Positions 1 through 51,115 of a stretch of DNA of 64,000 bases are shown here, piece after piece. This stretch comes from Amoebidium appalachense (lineage: Eukaryota; Protista; Ichthyosporea), in assembly GCA_963693365.1 (NCBI GenBank), contig CAVNZM010000006.1, positions 7,605,264 to 7,669,263 on the forward strand. Direction: 5' to 3'. Below the pieces are notes generated by a model. The model did no database searches. It was not told where the DNA came from and saw only the letters and a list, made by a program, of their open reading frames with translations. Both the position numbers and the translations under genes were made by a program. Position 1 is the first letter of the stretch. Each line of letters opens with the position of its first letter.

Positions 1-386
1 TTTTCTTTTTGTTGTTGTTATTATTATTATTTTTATTATTTTTTGGGGGGTTTGGGGGGGGGGGGGGGGGGGGAGGGGGAATGGGGGGACGGACTGTGTG
101 TGTGGTGGTGGTGGGGGGGGGGGGGGGGGAGGCGGGGAGAACCGGGAGGGGGCTGCCGATTATTCGTGACTCAAAACACATAGATTAAAAATACCCCCCC
201 CCCCCCTTCCAGCCCACACATCACCCCCCACCCCTCCACCCCCCTCCGTCTCCTTCCTCCACGTGCAGTAAACACACATGCATGCGGTGTCCCCTCATCC
301 TTACCCCCTTCCCCCCCCCCCCCGGAAATCACCTCCCCACGTCCATTTCCGTATTTTTCCCATCCTAACGTGCATCAAATCGACAG

Positions 387-752
387 TGGTGGTGTGAAGG
401 GCTATTTTGTGTCCTTTCAAAGCCTGGTGGATGATTGGTGCGCTTTCATTGCCGATCGGCTTAAGACCCAACCGGCAGACCTGCCCAGGTACGTGTGTGT
501 GTGTGTGTGCGCGGGGGGGGGGGGGGGGGGGGGATGTGGGTATGTGGGTTGTGGGTGTGGGTGTGTGTGCGTGGGTGGGTGGATGTGTAGGTGGGTGGGT
601 CTTGGGTGTGGGTGGGTGGGTGGGTGTGTAAGTGGGTGTGGGTGTGGGTGTGGGTGTGGGTGGGTGGGTGGGTGGGTGGGTGGGTGGGGGGGGCACACAT
701 CGCATGGCTCTTATAGCTTACTTTCTCTGTCTCTCTTCTCCCCTCCCCCCCT

Positions 753-809
<57 letters not shown>

Positions 810-848
810 CCCCTTTCTCCCTCTCATGCTCCCTGTCTCTCCTGCTAT

Positions 849-880
<32 letters not shown>

Positions 881-1481
881 CCCGGCTCTCCCTTTCTCTC
901 ACCATCAGCCCATTATTTGCATTGTAGACCACGGGCCCTCTCTTCTTCCCACAACACACGCATGCACACGTGTCCCCCCCCCCCCCCCCCCCCCCCCTCC
1001 CCCCGGCTTATACTCTACTTCCCTGCTTGTTTTCTTTGCTTTTGTATGCTTGCAAGGTTTTATAGACTCTGTTTTCCTAAATTGCTGCTCCTTGAACAAC
1101 CCTGCTCGTCTTTAGCCAAGACGGGTGGACTCGCCTATTGCTGCTGAAACAAAGTATGGGTTGGGAACCAAGAGCAAGAGGTTAAAAGTCGACATCCATG
1201 CTTTTGTGGAGGCATAGGAACCCCCCTGATGATGGGCTCTGTTCAAGTGTCTTCTACCTGCACTCTTAAATTATTTGATTTTGGGTTTCCCACTTTTGTG
1301 ACGCTTTGTTGTTGCTCTTGTTGTCTCCTGCATATTTCCAACCCTCAAACGCATACATCACCCCCCCCCCCCCCCCCCCCACCCCCCTTCACACGCGCGC
1401 GCGCGCACACACACACACGCACGCACGCACACATGCACCGACACAGATAAACATGCATGCATGCGCGCCCGCAGGCACATG

Positions 1482-1525
<44 letters not shown>

Positions 1526-1606
1526 TACATTGTGGCGCACAGTCTGGGTACTTTGATGGCTCTGGGAGTTGTACTGGCCGACCAATCACAGTGGGCCGGC
1601 ATCGGT

Positions 1607-1647
<41 letters not shown>

Positions 1648-1787
1648 TGTGTGTCTGTGTGTATGTGTGTGTGCTTGTTTGTGTCTGAGTGTGTCTTGGT
1701 GTTCGCGCGCGTGCGTGTGTGTGGGGGAGGAAGGGGGGTTGTGTGTGGGTTTGCAGGTTTGTGTGTTGGCAGCTGTTGTGTGCGTGC

Positions 1788-1849
<62 letters not shown>

Positions 1850-3321
1850 TGTGTGTGCATTCACACTGGTGTGTGTGTGCACGTGGGTTTCTGCATGCCT
1901 GCGCCTGTGCAACCCACTGAGCCCGGACAGCAGAAGCCTCTTCACCTCACCACCTCTCTACATGCACACACACACATGCACACACGTGCACACGTCACAC
2001 ACACAGTGATCAACGGCTGCCCCATCAGTATTGACCCCAAGGTGGCCGGGCCATTCATGAGATCCATGGCTCGCACCCTGGCCAGCAAGGCCCCAAAACT
2101 CACCGTACCAGATAAGGTAATACTCCCACCTCCCCACCCCACCCCACCCCACCCCACCCCCCCCCCCCCACACACACACACACACACGCACACACCTCTC
2201 TCTCTCTCTCTCTCTCTCTCTCCCCCCCCCCCCCCCCTCTCCCCCCCCTACCGGATGTGTTTGTGTTTGTGTTGGTATACCCACGTTGCCTTGTAATTTC
2301 TGATCTCGCACTCCGTACTTTGAACCCTGTCCCCTTCCCCCCCCCCCCCCCCCCCCCCCCCCCTTCACACACACACACACACACACACTTACACAAACAC
2401 ACCAGCTCATGCTTCCCTGCCCTCCCCACTTGTGCAAAAGCGGCACTTCGAAGGAGAACCACCCCCCCCCCCCCCCCCTCCCCCCCCTCCCCCCGGGGTG
2501 CTTATGTTTTGCATACTTGTATGATTCCTTTGCATTCTCAGGCTTGTCCCGAGTCCTACACCGTGTTTTTTATCGTTTCTACTCCTGTATTATACTCCCC
2601 ATTCTAACAACCCCTTCCCCCCCCCTCCCCCCAAATCTCTCACCTCATGCAAGGTGAATATGTCGAAAGTCAGATACTGTGGATGGCTTTCCCCCCCCCC
2701 CCGTTTGCTCCGAGGATGGGCTCTGCTTGTTGCAGTGTCGTTGTGTGTTCCCGGCAACTTTTGCACATTGTTGTAGGTCCATGCACGTGAATTTCGTACT
2801 ATGTAACACAATCTAACCCCCCATCCCCCACTCCCCCCTCTCCCCCCGCTCAAGTGTCTTCTGCCTGCATGCTTCAACTGTTTGATTTTGGATTCCCCAC
2901 CTTTGTGACGCTTTGTTGTTGCTCTTTGTTGTCTCCTGCATATTTCCAACCCTCTAACGCATACATCACCCCCCCCCCCTCCCCCCAACCCCCCACCCAC
3001 CTCTCTTTCCCTTGCCCATTCCCCCTCACCCCCATCCCCCCCCCCCCCCCCCCCCCCCCCCAAAATCCATCGCGGTCTTCAATTTTGAACCACCCCCCCC
3101 CCCCCCCCAATTTTTCGGCAGGTTGATGTCAACACCGTGTGCCGGGACAAGGAGGTTACGGAGAGGCTCAAGCAGGATACGCTGAGGTACCATGGGGGGA
3201 TCCATGCAAATGTGGGCCACGAGGTGCTGAGCTATGCCGAGAATATGCAGAAAAGACTGAACGAGATTACACTGCCCATACTGATCACCCACGGCGAGGT
3301 AAATTTTTGGACTTTGGACTC

Positions 3322-3363
<42 letters not shown>

Positions 3364-3832
3364 TTCCTCCCCCTCCCCCTTTTCTTGAAAGAAAAGAACA
3401 CAAAATAAAAAGAGATAACAAAATAAAAAGAAATAAACTTAAGAAAAAAGGAAAAGGGAAAGAATCAAGGAGATAGTTGTGATGATTGGTTGTGTTCAAG
3501 TGTGAGTAGTTCTTTTGCTGTCGTAGGGTTTTTATTTTCTGGGCTTCTCCTGTTTGCAAGGTCTGCAGCTGCATGCTGTGCGAGCGCGCGCGCGCGCGTG
3601 TGTGCGTGTGTGCGTGGGTGTGTGTATGTGTGTGTGCAGCACGGCGGCAAGGGAGTAAACGCACATATGCGTTGTGGTGATGGTTACGGGAGTGAGTGCG
3701 TCATTCACTTGTGGGAAGAGACAAAAGAGAATAGGGAAAAAAACGGTGACAAAGAAGTAAAAGAGAACTAGACACGCAAAGGGAAAAAAGACAGTAATTA
3801 TGTGTGCTTGGGGATTCCCGGGGTAGTTTTCC

Positions 3833-3874
<42 letters not shown>

Positions 3875-4907
3875 CGCATCTGTGTGTGTGTTATATTTAT
3901 TCCAGTTTCTAATTGTGTGTGTATGGGGGGGGGTTAATAAAAGAAAAAGTGTTGATTGCTGGCGGGGTGTGTCCTTTCTACATCTCTCTCTATCTCTCTC
4001 ACGCCCCCCACTCTTCTCGGCGCCATTGTCCATCTGTAAGATGCCAATCAAGTTCCCAAACAAAAGATGTCACATACTTAGATTATGCGTACTTGATTTT
4101 TTCTAGAAATTACGATCCGAGAACTTTTGGGAATTAAAACCAATCCGTATCTACCATTTTAGCGTCTGGGCAGCAAGCAGACGAGAGCCACATTTTCTCA
4201 GATGGCTCTGGCCAATTAGTAGATAGTATCAATTTATGTCAAATACCGAGGCTGGCCTATGTCGACATCGGACAAAGCTTGCCCTCACCCCAGTGATTTT
4301 CGCGCCATTTTCTGGGCACCTAAACGGCTGCGTGAAAAAGAGGCCCAGAATGACGTCATCAAAGTGGCTCGCCGCCCAGACGCTAAAATGATAGATACGG
4401 ACCTTGCTTTAAGTTAACAGCAACGACTCCCACAGGCCGACATTGTATGCATTCCTGAGGGCTCAAAGATTGTGCATGAGAATGTCTCCAGCAAGGACAA
4501 GACTCTGAAGGTAGATAGAACCCCCCCCCCCCCCCCCCCCCACCATACCCCTACTTAGACCCCCCCACATGGACCTCCCAGCCCGTTCCATTCTGTGTGT
4601 GTGTGTGTGTGTGCACGTGGCATGTGCTTGCTCCTCCCCCCCCCCCCCCCCCCCCCCCCCCCTTCTTTTCTGATAGTGATAACCCACTTGGAAGTGGGTT
4701 CTGTTCAAGGATATTTCTATAAGCCTTGGCTTCTATAATGTGCCACCCATTATGTATGCATCATCCGCTCCCCCCTCCTCCCACCCCCCACTCCCCTCCT
4801 TCCCCCCCCCCCCCCCCCCCCCATAACACACACACACAGACGCACGCACACACGCGCGCGCACGCACAGACACACACACACACGGAGAGAGAGAGAGAGA
4901 GACTTGA

Positions 4908-4947
<40 letters not shown>

Positions 4948-5241
4948 CCCAGACACACACACCCTCCCGCCACGTCCTCGTGTGGATCACGTAGCTCCCC
5001 TCTGAGGATGCCTGAGGATGCGCTCTGCTTGTGCTGCATGCTCGTTGTGTATGCTGTTATCTCGAACAATGTATCGTCCGTCGTGAATGTTTACCCTTTA
5101 CTTTTTAACCCATTCTAACCCTCCCTTTTCCCCGGGCAGATGTTCCCCGACATGTGGCATGAGACGTTCTGTGACCCCGATAAGGAAAAGGTCTATGTGG
5201 TGATCAGGGAGTGGCTGACTGCCCGCATGCCGACGGCTTAG
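387..5241 (+). CDS. MGLL: Monoglyceride lipase / lysophospholipase-like alpha/beta hydrolase, 5'-partial (starts before the window)
   Basis: Phase-consistent GT-AG exons 387-488, 1525-1604, 2007-2116, 3122-3298, 4436-4510, 5140-5241 (TAG). Protein has nucleophile elbow [21 protein letters not shown] (catalytic Asp), SSKDKTLK and MWHE (catalytic His), typical of the Hydrolase_4/MGLL family. Confidence 0.85.
985..1360 (+). mobile_element. Intronic modular repeat family, degenerate copy
   Basis: Contains caaccctgctcgtcttt..caagacggg, cccctgatgatgggctctgttcaagtgtcttct and tttgtgacgctttgttgttgctc..tttccaaccctc modules shared with 2660-2970, 36440-37301 (reverse complement) and 62650-63035. Confidence 0.75.
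2660..2970 (+). mobile_element. Intronic modular repeat family, degenerate copy
   Basis: gtcgaaagtcag..gaggatgggctctgctt module, then caagtgtcttctgcctgc..tttccaaccctctaacgcatacatc module, similar to 1240-1360 and 62680-62795. Confidence 0.75.
4144..4401. mobile_element. MITE-like element with about 31-bp terminal inverted repeats
   Basis: Left tccgtatctaccattttagcgtctgggcagc (4144-4174) versus reverse complement of right 4371-4401 tccgtatctatcattttagcgtctgggcggc, 2 mismatches. Non-coding interior; no clear target-site duplication. Confidence 0.75.
4975..5085 (+). mobile_element. Intronic repeat family fragment
   Basis: tgtggat..ccctctgaggatgcctgaggatgcgctctgcttg matches the family motif tggatga..ctgaggatgggctctgctt. 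Confidence 0.5.
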
Positions 5242-6502
5242 GAGGGGCATGATACACGTGCGCTTTGCTTGAAACATAGACGTGTGTGTGTGGGTGTGTG
5301 CATGTGTGACTGTGTGTGCGCGTGCGCGCGCGTGTATCGTGCATGCGTGTGTGCTCGTGTGTGTACCAAGGTGTGTGTGTGTTTGTGTACATGTGTGCAT
5401 GGTGTGCGTGTCCAGGCTGAATGGGTGATTCCATGTGTGGGTATGTGGAAGGGGGGGGGGGGGGGGGGGTTTCAGGAAGGAGAAAAACGTTGAATGACAT
5501 GTTTTCCTGACAGTGTAAATATACCGCAGACATGTGAAATAATAGGAGGTGTACGGTATAATAGCAATATCGATGTATGTTTGCGATTGTTGTATGTCTG
5601 TTAGCGGCTACGGTGTGGCATGGTGCATATGTGAATTTGCTCTTGCGGATTGCTTTTCACGGATATTTGTGTTTCTCCTTCACCAAATTTCTACCCTGGA
5701 TATGTACTTACTTTGTTATTGTGTTACAATCTGATTGGTTAGATTAGTTAGCGTAGATCGTGGGTTGCGGGTAATCATTATATCTCCCACCCGGTGAAGC
5801 CTGGTGATGAATGTAAAACTAATGATGGCCTTTCATTGGTTGTTGCGGAATGACCTTCAATTAAACCTCCAAAAGCCGATTGCTAGGCTCTTAGGGCCGG
5901 GCAAGGCCTTTACAAAAAGCCTTAACCTGTTGCGTGCACAATCACTCAGGTATGTACCTGTACACGTGCGTGCGCGCGTGTGTTGGGGGGGTGGGGGGAG
6001 GGGGGGGGGGGGGGGGGGGGGGATCTAAAAGAGCACCGGAAAAGAATGAGCCGGAGGAAAGGAGGTACGGGTGAAAGGGTAGAAGAGCCGGGGATTCGGA
6101 AAGAAAGCATGGGGAAGGAGACTGAAACTGAATACGTACTGTGCTCTAGACGACAGTCGACACAACTAGAGCTCAAGCGCATATATGCACATGAAAAGGG
6201 GGGGGGGGGGGGGGGGGGGGGGGACGACCGTAATGAATGTCGGAAACCGACATCATTATCATTCATTTTTTCTAGTTGGCAGCTGCCACCGCGGGGCATT
6301 GCCGTTCATACCATGGCATTAGAAGTCACTAGCTCGGATTGCTTTATTTAATTTACATAAATATTGCACTGTGTAACTGAAGACTCTATTACTATTCTTG
6401 AACACTAATGTACAGCCAAGTAGTTTCTGACTTAGCTGAACCTTAGAGCACCCATGATATCGATAAGGCTTGGTATGTACATGTAGTCGTCATTCAACCC
6501 AT

Positions 6503-6543
<41 letters not shown>

Positions 6544-6740
6544 CTCTCCCCCCCACACACACACAAACACCTCCCATCCACCTCAATCCCCCCAAACACA
6601 CACACACGCACACACGAACACGCACATACCCTCAATTGACAATACACAGTGGTTATTACTTTCTCGTTGGATTTGTTGTGTGCACATCACTTTTCGTGAG
6701 CACACACACACACACACACACACACACCCATGCCCACATA

Positions 6741-6799
<59 letters not shown>

Positions 6800-6911
6800 C
6801 TCACCCACCCACCCACCAGGGGAAAAAAGGAAGCCTAAAGAAATACTTAACCAACATCAAGATGTACAGTTTCGTGTCTGTCTTCTAAGATCTAAAACAA
6901 TATAAAACGAT

Positions 6912-15730
<8,819 letters not shown>

Positions 15731-17228
15731 TCTGTGTATGAAAGCAATTGATTTTTTTTTGATTTCTTCTTTTATTCTTATGGCAGAGAAAAGTCGCTGT
15801 CTAAACTGAGCCGCCGTGCCCAGAAATTGCCATGCACTAATACTCAGACAAGCTCAGGTTGCTGCCTACGGTACAGCTCGTACTAATACTAGTTAATGCC
15901 CACACAATATTTCGAAAAATTTAAATGCCAACGAAAGTTATGCCATTGCACTTGTCACGATGTGATAGGCAGTATCTATTACATCTCAATGTGCCATGCA
16001 GTAAGCACATGCATACACGTGAGGGGTCATTTGGCTACCAATGCAGCTGAAGTGTGCATGCCGTACGCGCGCGTGTGTAGATCCAACATCAGGACTGGGG
16101 CTTCCGGACGCACCTTCGAAGCGCCAGGGGTCAGCAATTAAGAACGTGTTGAGTCATACGCCAAGCACGCGCGGTAGAGAGTCGGCATGGGTAGGTGGTA
16201 ACGATATTAATGGCATGAAAACGAGGCAACGGCGGCCATGCATATGGTCATGGCCAAACCAAGCGCGGAGTTCAATGCACAGGTCACATGCCATGCCTGG
16301 TACCACACGACATACCCTGAGTGGCTCTTCTACTCACACACACATATAGATAAAATTATTGTTATTAAATAGATTGGTGAATTGATAATCATTTTCTGGC
16401 AGCAGCGTTTGTTTGAGCGCTGTTTAGATGCAGGTGTAGAGAGGGAGTGTGTCCTGGTTCTGTCGATTCGTTTGCAGAAACGTCTAGATCTAAAGTCATC
16501 TAAACGCCTACCTATCGGTATGCATTGTTTCGAGATCCAACCTTCCATTGGGCTTCTAGGCAACCAATAACGGTTCTAAGCCAATCAGATGATCGTATAT
16601 CGTGAGGTAGGCAAACAACTATCTGCCAAATAGGAAATCTGTCCAGTGCTTGAGGTGCTGTTATTATTATCAAAATTACAAAGCCAGAGAAAAAAAAATA
16701 ACTATAATTTCTGTTAACATATTAGGTTATAAACAAAAGAGCGAATGTAATAAGAGCTGAAATATGATCTGCTTGCACCAGGCAGATCTAGAGCAGAGCC
16801 CTCAGTCACACTAAAATTTTCGCCGTGGACCACACTACGTGCTATATATGCCGGTAGCACTTACTGTAGATGAGTTCTTTTAAACCCGATACATACAACA
16901 TATATGTTCAACTAACCTATGTACACCTTCTTTTGAAATGAATACAGAGGAACATCAGTAAGCCTGTGTTGCTACATTCCTGACGTATACGTATAGGCAA
17001 AGTTGGCCGACTATTTAATATGTTAGTGCACGCAAAGGTACTAGCTGCACACAGAAACACACGCCACATAGACATACACGCACGGGGGTTTACGCTGTTT
17101 ACTAGAGGCAAAGAAAGACCAGTCTCAGTTATGGGGGGTTTTGCTCACACACAAGCACACAAACACGTACAAGTCAAAATCCCCCCCCCCACACACACAT
17201 GTACACACACGCACACGCCCACACGCAC

Positions 17229-17375
<147 letters not shown>

Positions 17376-17539
17376 GAGAGTGGCACAGGCACACACACAA
17401 ACAAATCACACATGCACACAAACACACGCGCACGCACATACCGTACCCACATGTACGCACACTAGTTACACACACACACACGCACACACAGAGGGAGGGA
17501 GAGATAGAGAGGGGGGGGGGGGGGGAGGGGGGGGGAGGG

Positions 17540-17625
<86 letters not shown>

Positions 17626-17644
17626 CACGCACACAGAAACACAC

Positions 17645-17719
<75 letters not shown>

Positions 17720-18946
17720 CACACACGTGTCCACCCCCCCCCCTCCCCCCCCCCTCCCCCGGCAAAAAAAATAAAAAAATAAAAAATAAATAATTGTGGC
17801 CCACATTGAGTATATACCGTTAAACATACTTGCAACATTGCAATAAAACAAACAAAAACGTAGGAGTATATGCTAAATGTGTATTTTTTGATCATCATAA
17901 TGATACTAAAAAAAAAAAAAAAGCTTAATGATAATCAATTTTGAATCATCATACGGAAAATGAATCCGTACCGATACACACAACCACTCCCCTAGCCCAT
18001 CCACGCCACGTGATATTGAGCGTCGGTAGCTCGAGCAAGGAGGTGCCGCTATTGCCGGCACCACATGCCAGGGTCGATGGTGACAGTTTGACCCGGACCT
18101 GAATCTCTCACTTGGACAACTTCAACACTTAGGTCTGCAACCTCCCTCCCTCCCCCTCCCCCTCCCCTCCCCCTCCCCCCCCCTCCTCCCCCTCATTGTT
18201 ATTTTGTGTGGGTAAACGGAGAAGCAGAGAGCACAGATGGGTGTTATGTAAAACACAACACAAAGACACACGGGAAAAACACAACCGGAGAGGAGGAACG
18301 ATTTCTGGAACCATAGGAAGTGAATACGACTGCTTGTGATTTATTTCAAGATGAGGTCCCTTTTATACTTGGGAATGTGAAACGATAAACCAATCAAAAG
18401 GACGAAAACTATGAGTGTAAAATATATCGATTAAAATGTCTGTCGACACATAGAATATAAAACTCAATCCTCTAATGAAAGAAACTTCTAATAAAAGCAC
18501 GGAAACATTTAACAAAATGAAACCACTTATGTAACTATTAATTCATAACATATATTTATACATGTTCTTATCATAACACGTCTAAATATAATTATTCCTA
18601 ATAGTTGAAGAACATAGCACAATGCTACGTCGTGGGAAAGGAATGAGAAAGGAATGTAAGTTACTATATTTGGGAAAATACAAACGAGATATGATTGGAT
18701 GACATATATAGATTTTGACGCAAACGACAATACGTGTGCGCGAGCTAAGTATGTCGATACGTACACAGATCTAAGATGTCGTGTACACGGAAACGGAAAA
18801 GAAAGAAAGAAATGAAGAAAGGAAAAGGAAACAAACTACAACAACTAATAAATAAATACCAAACTCAACTTCTAAGTCTTGCTGAGAATTAAGTGAAGAT
18901 GACACTCATACCCTCATACATATGTACACGGACAACACGTGTACGT

Positions 18947-18977
<31 letters not shown>

Positions 18978-19218
18978 GGGAGGGGGAAGGGGGGCAGAGG
19001 GGGCGGGGGCGGGGGGGGGGGGGGGGGGGGGAGGGGGGAGGCCATGGTTTTGAGAGGCACAACAATGTAAAATTTTTCTTTTGACTGGATTTACTCAACG
19101 GAAACTTTTGATATGCAAGTATGCACGGCATACTTAGGAGGCAATGAAAACTTCACGATCATCCAGTAACAAGTGCATAATGAGATACCTGAACACTGTG
19201 TGGAAATCTTATAAATAC

Positions 19219-19629
19219 TCAATGTGACGACCAACAGGTTTCAACAAAAAGGATAGAAGTTTTCACACTGCCAACCAGTGTAGCAGACACCCGTAGGGAA
19301 AGAGGCAAAACGCGACGTAAAAACTCACACCTATCAACTGTTCCATGCTTTCGATTGAAAAGTTCAGCACGAAAGTGGCACCAACGGCGATGGAAACAAG
19401 AATTACAACGCCCCTGCACAACTTCCCATGCAATATCAACATCAGAGCACCATAAAGACTTATCTACTGTGGTGGTATCCATACGCACAGCACGAGGAGA
19501 AATGTATCCTGCCAAAGCTCCCAAAAAGTGATAATGATCAGTACGGTGTTGCCTATGGAACATAGCACATGCCGACTGAGTTTTACCTTTGATTTCTCTA
19601 TCAGAACGAGAAAGAAATTTATACTGCAT
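19219..19629 (-). mobile_element. Possible degraded retroelement or transposon coding remnant (136-aa ORF)
   Basis: Only high-complexity ORF over 130 aa in the S41-TOPBP1 intergenic region, with no clear splice structure. Trp/Arg/Cys-rich end loosely resembles non-LTR ORF2 tails; family not recognised. Confidence 0.25.
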
Positions 19630-20226
19630 GTGATAATAACTCGAAAAGGCAGAAAAAACAGGAAGTCTTAAGAAAAGAAAGAGGGAGAGAGATAGCGAGA
19701 GGAAGGATCAGGCGAAGATTCAGAAAAACCCCATTCCTAAATCAAAGAAAATTTGCCAATGTGAAGAACATCGGAGCATGATTACAGGAAAAAATACCAG
19801 CGAAAGACAACCCCTGTGCCGGTGCTCCATGGTCCAATCAACATCAACCTTCGCACTCCAAGGACAACCACTTGAAACCGACATGTTGCAACAAACCGAC
19901 GTGGCAGTGGGGGTTTACACACCCTTTATTGCCGTGGACACTGTCTGGCCGGGCCCAGCCTCAATCGACTATGTGCACGCACCACGCGAGCTCGCCCACG
20001 GCCCTCTGATTTTATGAAGAGTCTGAACACAGACAAGGCCCCGTCCTACCTGCCTACCCTACTAGGCTAACAATATATTTGGGGGCCTTTTTCAGTGAGC
20101 CGCCGGCTTGCGGCGGGCGGGCTCCCGGCCTGCAGCTGGCCCAGGCCATGGTCGGGCCAGGTCGGGACTCATGATCATACACATATTTGGGCGTATGACA
20201 GGAATGCTCAGCGTATCCCCCCCCCC

Positions 20227-20269
<43 letters not shown>

Positions 20270-20493
20270 TCCCCCCCCCCCTTCCCCCCCCCTCCCCAAC
20301 ACACACACACACATGCGCACACCTCATATTGCATGACATGAACGCGTCAGTGTCACTCCTGCTTCAGTCATCAATCAGGACGCCAACGTTAAATGTGAAC
20401 CTTGCACACACAGACAGAACACCAAGAGTGTACATGTGGTACAAGAGTTACTATAAAAATTCTACCACAAATATGTGGCGTTACAGTACCACG

Positions 20494-20684
20494 GACGTGC
20501 AGGAACTGCTGAAGAAAAGCAATAAAAATTCAGTCTTAGCACTCGTCCAACAATTGCTTATCAAATTAATCCCTGTTGTCATATATGGCGATTATCATAC
20601 GCACGTGCAGGAACTACCGAAGCAATTATACTCAGTCTTAGCACTCGTCCAACAATTGCTTATCAAACTAATCACTGTTGTCAT
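20494..20684. repeat. Two imperfect direct repeats, period about 109 bp
   Basis: acgtgcaggaact..tcagtcttagcactcgtccaacaattgcttatcaaa.taatc.ctgttgtcata at 20494-20582 and 20603-20684. Confidence 0.85.
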
Positions 20685-21258
20685 AGCTAGAACCGATCGA
20701 CACCCTTTTTCATAGGTATCCTAACCGACAACCACCAGAGTCACTATCCAGCCAGGACAGTCACTCGGTACCAAGCATGGAGCCTGATACCGCTCTATAT
20801 GTACATCACAACATCGATATATACATTCCTACGTTTTTGGTTGTTTTATGTTCGCAGCATGTATAAGATGTAATACTAAGTTTGTTTCCATACATTTAAT
20901 CCTAGCCAGGGCCAGACACTCCGCCTAAATTTGGTATCGAGGTTCGTCCTTCATACACTTTGGAGGCCGCCGCTCCCCCTTGCAGGTCTACCAACCCACC
21001 TCCAGCCATTGTCATCCGTATTCAATGCGCCATTATGTCATGGAAATCTTGCACGCCTCCGTGTGCCTGCAGCCCCAACCCATAAAGTGAGATTGCAGGA
21101 CTTCAGTTGATGGGTAGGATTACACGTCTTCTCGCTGTGCAAATCGACCCCCCCCCCCCCCCCGGCCCCTCTCTTTCCCTCCTTCTCTCTCTCTCTCTCT
21201 CAATGCCCCCCCCCCCCCCCCCCCCCCCTTCCCCCCCCCCCCCCCCCCCTTCCCCCTC

Positions 21259-21295
<37 letters not shown>

Positions 21296-21601
21296 TTCTC
21301 CCCCTTCTCCCCCCGCCCCCAATCCCCACCCCCACCGACCCATGGACCCACTGTGACCACACCACCCAACCACCCAGCAACCCAGAGGACGCAAAAACAG
21401 AAATGGAGAATTGATGCCGTGAGCCCCCAAACGGCCTTAGGCAAGACCTCAGGGGAAGCAGGAAAAAAAGGAAGGAAAAACACCAGAGCTAAGGTACACC
21501 GAATGGTAACCATCTATGCACATCGCCAAAACGAAAAATAATGAAATGCTACTCAAAACACCTACGTACACGACCTAAGAAAAAAGTCGGACAAAAAAAC
21601 G

Positions 21602-21635
<34 letters not shown>

Positions 21636-22012
21636 CACAGAGGCTTATAAAACATGTGTCCAGTGTGTAGTGCCTGGTTGGGCTCACAAGTATGGGTGTG
21701 TGTATAGGTGTGTGCAAATATGTGCGCCCGGCCGTGTGGAGGTATGTGCTGCTAGAGTATTTGTGCTTTTCTTGTAGAGTAAGCGTGTTGTACGAGTAAT
21801 GCCACAAACAACTCGCGGCTTTGGGAAGGCGGAGGTAATGTGGGAGAAAGAGAGGGGGGAGGTGGGGGTGGGGTGGGGGTGGCGTGGGGGGGGAGGGGGA
21901 TTTCGGGGCATGTGCAGGTTGGTGTGTGTGTGTGTCACGTGTGATGGGGGGGTTCGGGTGGGGGGGGCAGGGAGGGGGGAGGGGGGGAGGGGGGCGAGGG
22001 GGGGTGAGCTAG

Positions 22013-50148
<28,136 letters not shown>

Positions 50149-50753
50149 CTGCTTACAAGAGAGATGATGGGGGAGAGGGGGGGGGGGGGGGGGGGGGGGG
50201 GGGGAAGTAGAAGACAGAAAAAGGCTTTAAGGAGTGTTGACTGGGGGGCAGGGACCAAGATGTTGAAGGATGTACCGCAAGGAAGGGGAACCGGGAGGGG
50301 AGGGGAGCGGGGGAAGGGGGGCAGGGGGGGAAAGGGCGAGGAAAGGAAGGGGAGGTGGGAGACGGATGAGGAAGAGGCTACACACCCGGGTAGGGGGAAG
50401 GGGGGGGGGGATATGTAGAGGGTTATGTAGGTAGGAAGGCAATACAGAAAAAACGTGATGAGGTGAGCAGAGGACAAAAACGAAGCATGTCGGAACCATC
50501 CAAATAGCATTATGATCATGAGTTGTGGCATTGCATGGTGAAACTCTTGACATTCCCCTCGAAACCGTGCTCAGCCTGGAATTAACGTGTTTATATGCAG
50601 AACACATGCGCCACCACCGCCCAATTCCCTTCCCCCGGTTAGTCAGCACACTTCCTAATAAACACACGCGTTCATGGCTTTCCTTATAACAAGCTGCACC
50701 CACAAACATGGAAGCTGGAACGATAGACACACACGCGCGTGCGCGCGCGCGCG

Positions 50754-50835
<82 letters not shown>

Positions 50836-51005
50836 AGGACATAGACGCACACGCACGTGTGCGCGCGCACGCACACACACACGCGCACGTGCACACAGAC
50901 ACACACACACATAGACACACACTAATGCATGCACACACACACACGCCCACGGGCACACAGGCGCCCACAAGTACGTGCGCACACGCGCATGCAAATGCGC
51001 ACACT

Positions 51006-51115
<110 letters not shown>

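Noticed and set aside
5750-5810. tRNA/SINE-like appearance
   Set aside because: No cloverleaf or A/B box pair could be built; no tRNA or rRNA gene was recognised anywhere in the window.
16395-16630. Possible degenerate MITE (tggcag..ttgtttg / caaacaa..ctgcca)
   Set aside because: Inverted match is too short and imperfect to support by eye.
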